From contig JAYODW010000008.1 of the NCBI GenBank assembly GCA_038116745.1, forward strand, positions 25,094 to 89,093: a stretch of 64,000 nucleotides of DNA, given 5' to 3'. The stretch comes from Gammaproteobacteria bacterium. GTDB lineage: Bacteria > Pseudomonadota > Gammaproteobacteria > Ga0077536. The translations under genes were made by a program, and so were the position numbers. The notes below the pieces were generated by a model, which had not been told where the DNA came from, made no database searches, and saw only the letters and a program-made list of their open reading frames with translations. Of the stretch, positions 36,353 through 46,379 are shown one piece after another; position 1 is the stretch's first letter; the number at the start of each line of letters is the position of its first letter.

Positions 36353-37039
36353 TCACGCCGCCTCGGCTGCTCGACGGCCGCGGGCTTTGGCGGTCTCCCG
36401 CGCCTTTTTGCGGCGCTCCATTTTCCGCCGCTCAAGCTCCATCGCTGCGTCTTCCTCAAGAAGATGCCCTTTGAGCGCTTTGTAGACCAGGTATTCCACC
36501 AGCGCCGGCCGCTTGACCTTTCCGGCTTTGAATCCGCTGTGCAAAGCGCGGACCTTGCTCAATATGCGCCGGTGCACACGCTCATGGGCCTGAGCGTAAC
36601 GGGAGCCGCGCTGCTCAAGCTCGAACTCCTCGTGCTTGAAATGCCGCGCCAGCAGCGTGACCAGCTCATCGATGCGTTCGTCGACCAACCTGCCCTTGTT
36701 CTGCACAAAGGACTGAAGGATCTGCTGGCTCAGGTTGAACAGCTCAATGTGTTCCTGATCCAGATCGGTGTGTTCGACGTTGTAGTCATCCAGCCAGCTC
36801 ATGCCGACCAGCACCGCGTCAGGGCTACGTCTTTTCCGTTGCCCACTGCCACGTCCCAAGGTCCGCATGTACGTTGTCTGCGCGGCGGCCACGAGCAGCA
36901 GACCCCCACTTACCCGGCCTCCCCAGTTGGGTAATACAACGAGAGTAGCGAAGCCGCCCGAGGCGTAAACTATCGGGAGCAGTTTGTAGAGCCAGAAAGG
37001 CGGGTTTCTCAGCCATTCGCGAAGTTCTAGCAGCCTCAT
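36353..37039 (-). CDS. Membrane-anchored bacteriohemerythrin-domain protein
   Basis: Two N-terminal hydrophobic helices, then W...Y.V....DQEH, HFKHEE, HERVH and HLLEED di-iron ligands. Confidence 0.8.
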   Translation of the reverse strand: MRLLELREWLRNPPFWLYKLLPIVYASGGFATLVVLPNWGGRVSGGLLLVAAAQTTYMRTLGRGSGQRKRRSPDAVLVGMSWLDDYNVEHTDLDQEHIELFNLSQQILQSFVQNKGRLVDERIDELVTLLARHFKHEEFELEQRGSRYAQAHERVHRRILSKVRALHSGFKAGKVKRPALVEYLVYKALKGHLLEEDAAMELERRKMERRKKARETAKARGRRAAEAA

Positions 37040-37215
37040 AGGTATCGTGTTAGTTTCAGGGACGGCGATTATTAAGAAAAACACAGCCAATCGGAATCAC
37101 ATCATCTGGTCCGGATGCCTTTATATCGATGCGAGACAGCTACTGGGCTCTGTCCTGCGTCAGAGCAACAATCCCTAGGGCCGAATAGAATCGGCGCCAC
37201 CGCTCGGACGCTCTA

Positions 37216-37653
37216 GTGCCTGCGCTCTACTCCTACACCCCCAGCCACAAATTCCTTGCTTCCGTATGGAGCGGAACGGTCGATTCAGCAATGGGGGCCG
37301 CTGCCGTAAGGAATGCTTGGACACGGTTGGTGCCAGCAGACCACGAGTTTGTCTGTGCAGTGACCGACCTGACTACGGCCTCTTTTGTCTCTGCACAGAT
37401 AGCTGTCGATATGTATCAGGTACATGTTGACCTAGACCTATTGCGAAGACAGAAAATGAGCGTGCTACTTGTCACCGGGGAGCATAATCTGAGCAAGGCA
37501 CATGCTTTCCGGGAGCTTTTCAAGAATCATCCGGAGGCACCATTCAGAGTCAGCATGCTCACAAGCGCGGCTTCCGCAAGCACGATATCGGGCGTGCCGG
37601 AGCCGCTTATTGTGGAGAACCTGGCACGGCTTCGAGCCGCGATCATCGACTAG
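37216..37653 (+). CDS. Hypothetical protein
   Basis: 145-aa ORF filling a lower-GC gap. No recognised motif. Confidence 0.5.
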   Translation: MPALYSYTPSHKFLASVWSGTVDSAMGAAAVRNAWTRLVPADHEFVCAVTDLTTASFVSAQIAVDMYQVHVDLDLLRRQKMSVLLVTGEHNLSKAHAFRELFKNHPEAPFRVSMLTSAASASTISGVPEPLIVENLARLRAAIID

Positions 37654-37793
37654 CTATACCCTGTTGGCTGGCACGCTCTGTCGCAGGCCCCTCTGTTTCC
37701 TTCCAATTGGTCCCGGCAACGCTTTCGAGTGCGGCAGAGTGGCGCAATCTCGCGCCCTCTGCTTCGACCAGCCGGTCGCTATACTTCCGCACC

Positions 37794-38621
37794 ATGAGTC
37801 GTTCAATCGCCCGTGTTGTCGCCGGCACCGTCCGTGCCATGGTGGCACCGCTCGGCGCGCGCCAGAAAACGCGCGTACTCGCCCGTGTGATCGAAATCCT
37901 GCAGCGCTCCGATCTGGCCGTTGTTGCAACCCGCCGCGGCGACCTGCACTTCAGACGGCTGCGTGGCTCGTTCCTGGCCAGTGCGGTGGCGAGCTTTCAC
38001 ACCGATGAGCCAGAAACCTTGAGATGGATCGATGCTTTCGCGCCCGGCGACACGCTGTGGGATGTCGGCGCCAACGTCGGGCTGTACGCGCTGTACGCGG
38101 CTCTGGACCCCGCGATCCGCGTCATGGCCTTCGAGCCCTCCGGGTTCAACTTCGGGCCGCTGGTTGACCACATCGCACTCAACGGCATGGGCGAACGCGT
38201 GACCCCCCTGTGTGTTGCTCTCGGTCTCAGCAGCGGCCTGTCGGCCCTGCATATGCGCCATACGGATGCCGGTCACGGCAGCAACGCACTCGGTGTCGCC
38301 GCGAACAACTTCCGGCAGTTCGAGCCGCTGTTCACGCAGGGCATACCTGCGTTTTCGATCGACAGCTTCCGCGCGTTCTTCGACCTGCCCGCCCCGGATC
38401 ATTTGAAAATCGACGTCGATGGGATTGAGCTCGATATTCTGAAGGGAGCGCCCGATACCCTGCCTGAGGTGCGCTCGGTCATGATGGAGGTCGAGGGAGA
38501 CCGTGGCCTTGCGCATGCAGAGGAAATGACACGCCTGCTAGCAGCTGCCGGTCTCGTCGAACAGACCCATGTGCGCAGCGAGGGTTCGCGTCGCAACCGT
38601 CTCTACACCAGGCCGGCGTAA
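37794..38621 (+). CDS. FkbM family methyltransferase
   Basis: EPETLRWI, WDVGANVG.Y, AFEP and HLKIDVDGIE motifs. Confidence 0.9.
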   Translation: MSRSIARVVAGTVRAMVAPLGARQKTRVLARVIEILQRSDLAVVATRRGDLHFRRLRGSFLASAVASFHTDEPETLRWIDAFAPGDTLWDVGANVGLYALYAALDPAIRVMAFEPSGFNFGPLVDHIALNGMGERVTPLCVALGLSSGLSALHMRHTDAGHGSNALGVAANNFRQFEPLFTQGIPAFSIDSFRAFFDLPAPDHLKIDVDGIELDILKGAPDTLPEVRSVMMEVEGDRGLAHAEEMTRLLAAAGLVEQTHVRSEGSRRNRLYTRPA

Positions 38622-38642
38622 GACCCTCTGGCGCGGCGGCGC

Positions 38643-39737
38643 TCAGCGCTGCGGCATATCCGCTTCGCTCAACACCCGGGCCCGGACCCGGGGCCTGGGA
38701 CCGGCTGCGCGCAATCGGGCCACCAAATCGGTTTCACGCGAAAAGTCCCAGCTGACGTTCCAGATGGGATCGTTCAGCGGACGCTCCAGCCGGTCCAAGC
38801 CCTGCTCCAGAAACCATGCATAGGTCTGTCTATGCCCGGCGTCGAAATCGAACTCAGGCTCAAAACCGAGCACACGCCGGGCCTTATCGATGCTGAGCAC
38901 CGCGTGAAGCGCTTTCTGAAAGCGATGGTTGAACGGTAATGGCCCTTTCCATTCAGCCAGGACATCGTCCGGCACCTCGAGGATCTCGGCCTCCCGCCCC
39001 ATGATGTCGGCGATCGCAGTGACGTAGTGCCGCGCGGTTACCGCTTCGTGCGTGAGATTGAAGACCTCACCTACAGCCGCCGGTGTCGTCGCAGCAAGCA
39101 GCAGGGCGCGCGCGAGATCGGCGACGTGACCATAGGGAAAACAGGCCAGACCCGCGTGCGGCACCAGGGCCGGCCGGCCCTGCCCCAGGCGCAGGAACAT
39201 GGCGATTTCGCCGTCCGGAATATTGTCGTGCGGTCCGTACACGGCTGCCGGTCGCAGCACTGAATAGGCGAAACCGCTTGTCGCACGCCGCTCAGCGAGC
39301 AGTCGCTCCACCGCAGCTTTGTGGCCGCCATAGCTGGTGGCGGATGCGCGGGTTATCGGCCGCGTCTCCGTCCAGGGGAAAGCGCCGTTGCCAAGCTGGT
39401 AGGCCCCTATGGAACTCACGAACACATAAATCCCGCAGCAGCCGTCGAGCGCGTCGACGAGATCGGCAATGCTTTCAAGACTGGCGACCATGACTGACGC
39501 GCTGACATCGAACACCATGTCCCAGCTGCGCCCCTGGAGGACGCTCCGCACTGAGGCAGGCTCTTTCCGATCCGCGACGAGCGCCTCGACCCCTGGCGGC
39601 GCAGCGCTGCCGCCGCGATTCAGCAGGCTGACCTCGTGCCCTGCGGCCAGAAGATGAGACACCAGCTGTCGTCCGATGAAAGCGGTGCCGCCGAGAACAA
39701 GGCTGCGCGGCGCGGTCACGGCGCTGACCCTCGGCAC
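38643..39737 (-). CDS. NAD-dependent epimerase/dehydratase (atypical SDR)
   Basis: LGGTAFIG, LNRG, FVSS, YGGHK and RPAAVYGP motifs. Confidence 0.88.
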   Translation of the reverse strand: MPRVSAVTAPRSLVLGGTAFIGRQLVSHLLAAGHEVSLLNRGGSAAPPGVEALVADRKEPASVRSVLQGRSWDMVFDVSASVMVASLESIADLVDALDGCCGIYVFVSSIGAYQLGNGAFPWTETRPITRASATSYGGHKAAVERLLAERRATSGFAYSVLRPAAVYGPHDNIPDGEIAMFLRLGQGRPALVPHAGLACFPYGHVADLARALLLAATTPAAVGEVFNLTHEAVTARHYVTAIADIMGREAEILEVPDDVLAEWKGPLPFNHRFQKALHAVLSIDKARRVLGFEPEFDFDAGHRQTYAWFLEQGLDRLERPLNDPIWNVSWDFSRETDLVARLRAAGPRPRVRARVLSEADMPQR

Positions 39738-39856
39738 CAGTGCGTGACCTGCTCATCGCGTGTCCCGCATGAAGAAAACGATTCTTTAATCATCTGCCAC
39801 CTCTCAAGCATCGAACCTTTGTTCATGACGGCCGCCTGGCAGCCAGCAAGAGCAAC

Positions 39857-40732
39857 TCAGTCATGCGCGCGCAGAAAGTCGGCCACACAAGCTCTGTAGG
39901 CCTCGGACTCCTCGATGTGCGCCACATGCGCAGAGGCCTCGAAAATACGCAGCGCCGCACCTGGAATATGGCTGCGCAACGTCTCTGCGCAGTCCGGAGT
40001 CAGTTCGTCATAACGTCCGCAGGTAATGAGCACCGGCACATCAATCTGCGCGAGATCGGCGGTCCGATCCCAGTAGCGCAGGTTACCGGTCGTGGTGAAT
40101 TCATTGGGTCCGTTGATGGCACCGTAGACCGGAGTGTGGTGCAGGTTCTCGACCGAGCGCAGCATGCAGTCGGGCCATTCAGCGAGCCGGCAAAGGTGGC
40201 GCTGATAGAAACTTTCCTCTGCGGCCAGGTAGTCGGGATGGTCGTATTGCCCGCGTGCCCCCAGGGTTTCCAGCGCCACCCGGTGCTCCTCCGGCAGCGC
40301 TGCGATGAGGGCCTCGCAGGCGCGGGAAAATTCCGGAATGGAGGATGAGGTCGATGCAAGCACCGCGCTGGCGATACCGGGCGGCTGTCGCAACAGGTAC
40401 TCGATACCGAGCCAGCCGCCCCAGGACTGCCCCAGGAGATGACAGCGCGTCAGGCCCAGAGCCGCCCTGACCTCATCGATCTCGTCGGCAAAGCGCTCGA
40501 TCGTCCACAGCGCCGGATTGTCCGGAATATCCGACCTGCCGCAGCCGAGCTGGTCGTAGAACACGACCGGCCGTTCATCAGCCAGTGCCGCCAGCGGCTC
40601 AAGGTAGTCGTGTCCTGCGCCTGGTCCTCCGTGCAGCAACAGCAGCGGAGTGCGCGGCCCTGCACCGATAACTCTCGTCCACACCCGATGGCCGTTCCGC
40701 AGTCTGATAAATGTTTCGGTAGCGTTCGACAC
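39857..40732 (-). CDS. Proline iminopeptidase-family alpha/beta hydrolase
   Basis: HGGPG, YDQLGCG, GQSWGG, GPNEF and SAH motifs. GTG 40732 follows a GGAGGAG RBS. Confidence 0.9.
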   Translation of the reverse strand: MSNATETFIRLRNGHRVWTRVIGAGPRTPLLLLHGGPGAGHDYLEPLAALADERPVVFYDQLGCGRSDIPDNPALWTIERFADEIDEVRAALGLTRCHLLGQSWGGWLGIEYLLRQPPGIASAVLASTSSSIPEFSRACEALIAALPEEHRVALETLGARGQYDHPDYLAAEESFYQRHLCRLAEWPDCMLRSVENLHHTPVYGAINGPNEFTTTGNLRYWDRTADLAQIDVPVLITCGRYDELTPDCAETLRSHIPGAALRIFEASAHVAHIEESEAYRACVADFLRAHD

Positions 40733-40785
40733 CTTGTCTCCTCCGCACATGAGTCAGCAGCGCGCCACGGATGCAGTCATCCTGA

Positions 40786-41661
40786 TCACACCCCCAGCGG
40801 CGCACCATCGCCCGCAATGGTGGTCCGATGCAGCACGCGTCGCTCGGCCGGATCCCAGGGTGTCACTCGATGCACCGTACAGCGGTTGTCCCAGATCACC
40901 ACATCACCAGACCGCCAGCGATGGCTGAAGCAGAACTGCGGCTGCTCAGCGAAAGCCGCCAGCTCGCGGAAAAGGGCGGCCGCGGCAGCGGAGGACATGC
41001 CTTCGACCGCATCGTTATAAATCAGAGAAATATACAAAGACACGCGTCCGGTGACGGGATGCCGCCGCACCATCGGCTGCCATACCGGCGGCATGGCGGC
41101 GCGCTCCTCTGCGCGCAGTGGCGGCAGTGCACGCAGCTGCCGCAGAAAACCGAAGTCATGCCGCGCACGGCGCCCCAGGACCTGATCCTTCAGCGCCTGC
41201 GGCAGCGCGTCCCACACCGCCACCATGTTCAGAAACTGGGTCTCGCCGCCCGCCTGCACGATTTCCACCGCGCGCAGGATCGTGCCCATCGACGGATTGC
41301 TGCGGTACGAACTGTCGGTGTGCCAGGTCTGCGCCGAGCCGAGCTGCCGTACCGGTTCCGCGGTCGGCGGCAGGAGCTGCCCCGCCTCATCGGTATTGGC
41401 AACACGGAAGATCTCGGGCACGCGGCTGGATTTGATGATGGCCTGCTGATGGATTTCTGGCTCGCCGAAAAGCCGGGTAAACGCGACCTGCTCGGCATCG
41501 CTCAGCGCCTGGCCAGGGAACACCAGAACCTGGTGCTGCATCCAGGCCGCGTGGACTGCGGCGAACTCTGCTGAACTCAGGGTGCGCAGATCGAGGCCAC
41601 GCACTTCCGCGCCCAGCGCCGGGCCAAGTCTGACCACGTCGAGTAGTGGTGCGTGTGCCAT
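40786..41661 (-). CDS. TauD/TfdA family dioxygenase
   Basis: LGAEVRGLDL, WHTD, WDNRCTVH and LHRTT motifs. Confidence 0.92.
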   Translation of the reverse strand: MAHAPLLDVVRLGPALGAEVRGLDLRTLSSAEFAAVHAAWMQHQVLVFPGQALSDAEQVAFTRLFGEPEIHQQAIIKSSRVPEIFRVANTDEAGQLLPPTAEPVRQLGSAQTWHTDSSYRSNPSMGTILRAVEIVQAGGETQFLNMVAVWDALPQALKDQVLGRRARHDFGFLRQLRALPPLRAEERAAMPPVWQPMVRRHPVTGRVSLYISLIYNDAVEGMSSAAAAALFRELAAFAEQPQFCFSHRWRSGDVVIWDNRCTVHRVTPWDPAERRVLHRTTIAGDGAPLGV

Positions 41662-41815
41662 CGGCAGCTCCCTGCGGCAGTGACCGCTGGTTGCAGTATG
41701 CGTTTCAAACAGACCACGACCAAGCAGTTCTGCCTGCTGCGCTCAGCGGGCCTTGCGCGTCGTCGGACCGTAGAATGCCAACTCGGTTCGGCCCCGAAAT
41801 CAATCAGGAGACACT

Positions 41816-42322
41816 ATGCAGACCGTCAAAATCCGCCAGATGGTGCACGCGAACATCTGCGTGCGGGATATGGAGAAGACCGTGCCCTTTTACGAAATGC
41901 TCGGCTTTGAGAAATTCGCCGATCAGATCTTTGAACCTGGCGCAGGCGTCTGGCGGGGGCTGGGGCTAGATAACGATCGTCGTTTTCGGGCGGTCTTCAT
42001 GAAGATCCCCGGCGACCATCCGGTGCCCTTCCTGGACATTATCCAGTTCCTCGACCGGCCAACAGCCGGTGAGGCCTACCCGACGCTTGACCATGTCGGC
42101 ATCGCCCGGCTGTGCTTCGAAGTCGAAGACATCGAAGCGGTGGCCACGCTGCTTGCGGCGCAGGGGGTGGAGTTCGTCGGCCCGGTGGCGCCGTATGAAA
42201 CCGCGCCCGGCGTAGCGCCCTCAGGCGTGGAGGCGAAATTCCTTTGCGTTCGGGACCCGGATGGGACCGTGATTGAATACGCGCAGTTCGCCCAGGACGC
42301 ACTGGACGTGATCCGGGCCTGA
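41816..42322 (+). CDS. VOC/glyoxalase family protein
   Basis: HANICVRD...FY...LGF and RDPDGTVIE motifs. AGGAG RBS. Confidence 0.88.
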   Translation: MQTVKIRQMVHANICVRDMEKTVPFYEMLGFEKFADQIFEPGAGVWRGLGLDNDRRFRAVFMKIPGDHPVPFLDIIQFLDRPTAGEAYPTLDHVGIARLCFEVEDIEAVATLLAAQGVEFVGPVAPYETAPGVAPSGVEAKFLCVRDPDGTVIEYAQFAQDALDVIRA

Positions 42323-42358
42323 GCCGACGCCTGCCAGCCCGTCAAAGAGAGACCCTTG

Positions 42359-42856
42359 ATGAGTAGTTCGCCGCCGCCGTTCAAACTTCTGGTGCTCGAT
42401 GTTGACGGCACCCTGACCGACGGCGGCATGTACGTGCTCGAAAGCGGGGAGCAGTTCAAGCGCTTCAACGCCAAAGACGGCCTCGGGATCTCCCAGGCCA
42501 TCCGTCGGGGACTGACCGTCGGGATCATCAGCCACAGCAGCACCAGCGGCGCGATCCGGCAGCGGGTATCGACCCTCGGGATCCAGCGCTTATACGTGGG
42601 CAAGCAGTCAAAACTGGAGGTTCTGCAAGGGTGGTGCGCCGATCTCGGTATCGGTCTGGACGAGGTCGCCTTCATCGGCGATGACCTCAACGACCTGGAA
42701 ATCGCGCAGGCCGTCGGCCTGAGCGCCTGTCCGGCTGATGCTGTGGAAGCCATGCGAGAGAACTGCCACATCGTCCTCGAAAAGGATGGCGGACATGGCT
42801 GCGTGCGGGAGTTCATCGATCGCTTCTATGCCGAGAACCCTGCCACTATCGGCTGA
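42359..42856 (+). CDS. kdsC: KdsC-family HAD phosphatase (KDO 8-phosphate phosphatase-like)
   Basis: DVDGTLTDG, KRFNAKDG, GDDLND and GGHGCVRE motifs. Confidence 0.85.
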   Translation: MSSSPPPFKLLVLDVDGTLTDGGMYVLESGEQFKRFNAKDGLGISQAIRRGLTVGIISHSSTSGAIRQRVSTLGIQRLYVGKQSKLEVLQGWCADLGIGLDEVAFIGDDLNDLEIAQAVGLSACPADAVEAMRENCHIVLEKDGGHGCVREFIDRFYAENPATIG

Positions 42857-42908
42857 GACCAGCCCGGGCGGAGAGGGTAAACGCCGACACCCGCGCCGGC
42901 TTGACCCT

Positions 42909-43943
42909 TCAAGGCGCCGCTCGGGGCACCGAATAGATCTCAATCGCGCTGTCGTGGAATAAACGATCGCGCTCTGCCTGCGAGTATGGCTCGGCAATGC
43001 GCTTGAAGGCATTCCACAGCGTGCGATAGCTGACCGAACGCCCGTCGGGCGGGAAGTTGGATTCGAACATCGCACGCTCCGGCCCGAAGGTATCGATACA
43101 CCAGCGAATATGGTCACCCCACTCAGCCGCAATCTCGACCGAGCCCGGCGGCTGCTCGCGCCGGTGCCAGCCGTTCCCATAGAGCGTCATCCCGATCCCA
43201 CCGAGCTTGAGCCGCACATTCGGCAGCCCGGCCAGCTCGGTGAGCTGCTCACGACAATAAGCCAGGATTGCCTCGCGCTGACCCGCGTAAGGGCCAATGC
43301 CGACCGGGGCCCCGAGGTGGTCGAGCACGATCACGGTCTCGGGTACAGCACGGGCCAGCGCGATGAGTTCCGGAATCTGGGGGTGGTAAAGCCACGCGTC
43401 GTAAGTCAGCCCCATCGCGCCCAGGGTGCGCACACCATCGATGAAATCCGCGTCAGCCATCAGCCCTGCAGGCGGCCCGGCCTGGTGCGCCACAATGGCG
43501 GGACTCGGGTCGTGTGCGGTGGCGTGACGCACACCGCGAAACCGTCCTTCACTTAACGCGACCTGGGCTTCCAGCACTGCACGCACCCGGCTGCCCAGAC
43601 ACAGGTCAGCATGCCCCACGATCCCGGTGATGACAGGCCGCCCCAGCGCCCGCGCAAGCGTCTCATCCTCGGCCAGCACAAACTCGGTCTCGCCGAGAGG
43701 CCGCAGCTCCTCCGGTCCGTCGGTGCGATAGCCCTCGATACATTCTGCGTAAATCGTCTGGCGCACATTGTGGCCATCAGCGATATCGGCCAGAAATTCA
43801 GCCGCCAGATAGCGCTCCTGCTCGTGGTGCCACAGGTGGTGGTGGGCGTCGCAGATCCGCTGCTCCGGCCACAGGACTTCTTCCACGACCTGCCGCCGCC
43901 AGGCGGCACGTTGCTCACCCCGGGTGAGTTCAACCTCGCTCAT
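42909..43943 (-). CDS. Amidohydrolase_2 family protein
   Basis: DAHHHLW, LDHLG and MFESNFP motifs. Confidence 0.9.
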   Translation of the reverse strand: MSEVELTRGEQRAAWRRQVVEEVLWPEQRICDAHHHLWHHEQERYLAAEFLADIADGHNVRQTIYAECIEGYRTDGPEELRPLGETEFVLAEDETLARALGRPVITGIVGHADLCLGSRVRAVLEAQVALSEGRFRGVRHATAHDPSPAIVAHQAGPPAGLMADADFIDGVRTLGAMGLTYDAWLYHPQIPELIALARAVPETVIVLDHLGAPVGIGPYAGQREAILAYCREQLTELAGLPNVRLKLGGIGMTLYGNGWHRREQPPGSVEIAAEWGDHIRWCIDTFGPERAMFESNFPPDGRSVSYRTLWNAFKRIAEPYSQAERDRLFHDSAIEIYSVPRAAP

Positions 43944-44031
43944 AAACCTGATCCTCCGATGATGCTGGCCGGCAGCGCATTACCGCCCGGCTCGAAATCA
44001 GCGCGCCGGTCCTCTCCAGCAGCACCCGCCC

Positions 44032-45711
44032 TCAGGCCGCCGAGCCACGCAGGAGCCGTCCCGGCATAGCGCCGGTGTGGGCGCCGTGCTCAAACGTCAC
44101 CTCGCCAGCGCACACGGTAGCGCGGTAACCGCTCGCTTTCTGAATGATGCGGCGTCCGCCTGCCGGCAGGTCATTCACCATCTCCGGCGCGCCGAGCGCC
44201 AGCGTATCGAAATCGATGATATTCAGATCTGCCCGATAGCCCGGCGCCAGCAGGCCACGGTCCGACAGTCCGTATGCGAGCGCCGTATCGCGGGTCATCT
44301 TGTGCACGCAATACTCCAGCGGGAGTCGTGGCCCCTTCTGCCGATCGCGGGCGTAGTAGGCCAGCACGTAGGTCGACAGGCCCGCATCGCACAAAGTCGC
44401 GCAATGCGCGCCGCCATCTGACAGGCCCACCACGGAGCGCGCATGCTCAATACCGGTGCGCTGCGGCTCCAGCGACTCCGGGTAGTTGCCAATCAGATAG
44501 AGGATCGGGCGACCCTCGGCCATCACGTCCATCAGAGCTTCGCGTACGTGGAGCCCGCGCGCCGCCGCAATTCCGGCGAGGGAATCTGCGTAACCCGGCT
44601 CGTAGCTGAGGTCCGCAGGCAGTACGTACATCCGATCCCAGGTTGAGATCATGCGCGCCGTGTCTTCGAAACGGGGCACCTTCGGTGTGTCAGCCAGCAC
44701 CTGCGCGCGGAAAACAGGATCGCGCAGGCGTTCCCGCTGGGCTGCAACCGGCAGATCGCGGATGGTCTTGTAGGACGGGAACTGACGCATCGGATTCACC
44801 GTGCTCTCCAGCGTCATGAGCACCGACGCGGGTCTCGCGCCGACCTGTGGACGCACCTCGAGGCCGGCCGCGGCACAGCGCTCGGCGAGCTCCCAGATCT
44901 CCCCGCCCATGTTGGAAGTCACCAGGATGAGCAGAGGGCGGCCCGAGCGCCGGGCAAGCTCTTCAATCCAGCTTTGCTCTGTCGCCTCGTGCAGACGGTC
45001 TGTAATGATCTCGATACTGCCATGCCCGAGTTCACCCGTTACCGCGCCTATCTCCAGCAACTCTTCGGCCGAGGCAAAGGTGCCGGGCACGAACTCATTG
45101 TGTTTGTCGAGGTGACCGTAAAAACGGGAAGTCGAGAAACCGAGCGCCCCGGCTTTCAGCGCCTCGCGGGTCAGCCGCGCCATCGCACTGATTTCCTCAC
45201 GCGTGGCATCGTTCTCGTAGGAGCGCTCCCCCATCACGTAGTGACGCAGCGCGACATGGGGCACTTGGGTGCCGATATCCATGACATAGGGTTTATCTAT
45301 TGCGTCCAGATATTCTGCAAAGGTCTCCCAACCGAACGGCATGCCAGCGGACAGCACCGGTCCCGGAATATCTTCCACACTTTCCATGACCTCGATCAGC
45401 GCCTGCTCGCGACCGCGATGTACAGGCGCGAAACCCATGCCGCAGTTGCCCATCACTACCGTGGTGACGCCGTGCCAGCAGCTTGGCGTCAGCAGCGGGT
45501 CCCAGCACACCTGGCCGTCGTAGTGGGTGTGAATATCAACAAAGCCCGGGGTGAGCAGGTGGCCCTCAGCGTCGAGCTCGCGCCGCGCCGGGCCGTCGAT
45601 CTGCGATGCCACGGCGGTGATGCGCGTGCCATTAACGGCTACCTCGCCCGCAAAAGCGGGCGCGCCGCTGCCGTCAACAATGCGCGCATTACGAATAATC
45701 AGGTCATGCAT
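44032..45711 (-). CDS. N-acyl-D-amino-acid deacylase family amidohydrolase
   Basis: PGFVDIHTHYD, GVTTVVMGNCG and SDGGAH motifs. Confidence 0.92.
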   Translation of the reverse strand: MHDLIIRNARIVDGSGAPAFAGEVAVNGTRITAVASQIDGPARRELDAEGHLLTPGFVDIHTHYDGQVCWDPLLTPSCWHGVTTVVMGNCGMGFAPVHRGREQALIEVMESVEDIPGPVLSAGMPFGWETFAEYLDAIDKPYVMDIGTQVPHVALRHYVMGERSYENDATREEISAMARLTREALKAGALGFSTSRFYGHLDKHNEFVPGTFASAEELLEIGAVTGELGHGSIEIITDRLHEATEQSWIEELARRSGRPLLILVTSNMGGEIWELAERCAAAGLEVRPQVGARPASVLMTLESTVNPMRQFPSYKTIRDLPVAAQRERLRDPVFRAQVLADTPKVPRFEDTARMISTWDRMYVLPADLSYEPGYADSLAGIAAARGLHVREALMDVMAEGRPILYLIGNYPESLEPQRTGIEHARSVVGLSDGGAHCATLCDAGLSTYVLAYYARDRQKGPRLPLEYCVHKMTRDTALAYGLSDRGLLAPGYRADLNIIDFDTLALGAPEMVNDLPAGGRRIIQKASGYRATVCAGEVTFEHGAHTGAMPGRLLRGSAA

Positions 45712-45908
45712 AACTCACTCCTGCGCGGCTCGATGAGGTCCGCGATCTATCCCCGGCAGGCCCGCTGCTGCGGTAACGACGCCGCATCCGATGCCCGGGC
45801 CTCAGTGTAGTCACAAATCCGCCTCTCCGGCTTGAACCCGGGAAGCATTCACAACACCATACGGCGCCAGGGTAGCTACCCAGCAGACCCGCAAACAGGA
45901 GAAACCTC

Positions 45909-46337
45909 ATGCTGCAGCCCGCTGCTCTCCCTTCCGGTCGCCCTGCCCGCCGCATTCTGACAGCCCTGCTGATGCTGGCCATGTGCGGCCCGACCGGTGC
46001 ACACGAAAAAGCGCCGGCGGCGGCAGGCCCGGCCGCGCTACAGGACGTTCCCCTGGGCGCACTCGACATGCATGAGCCGATGATGCGCGCCCGCATCATG
46101 ACGATTCCCGCGGGCTTCCGCTCACCTCCGCACACCCATGACGGGCCCGGGATCCGCTACGTCCTCGAAGGACAAATCACCATCTACTGGAAAGACGGCA
46201 GCAAGCGCTCGTATGGCCCGGGCGACACCTACTTCGAAGGACCGGGAGAGAATCATCCGCCGAACGAAATGTCAGCCGCGAACGAAGGCGATGTGCCGGT
46301 CAAGATCTACGTCGTCGATCTTCACCCCGGCAACTGA
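45909..46337 (+). CDS. Secreted cupin domain protein
   Basis: Signal peptide and HTHDGPG.RYVLEG cupin motif. Confidence 0.8.
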   Translation: MLQPAALPSGRPARRILTALLMLAMCGPTGAHEKAPAAAGPAALQDVPLGALDMHEPMMRARIMTIPAGFRSPPHTHDGPGIRYVLEGQITIYWKDGSKRSYGPGDTYFEGPGENHPPNEMSAANEGDVPVKIYVVDLHPGN

Positions 46338-46379
46338 ACCCGCGCGCGAGGTGATGCCATGCCGCCGGGGCCGCTGCGG

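Noticed and set aside
30310-42883. Repeated intergenic 12-mer AGAGGGTAAACG (30310 and 42872; partial copy at 12099)
   Set aside because: Short and non-palindromic. One such match is compatible with chance in this much sequence.
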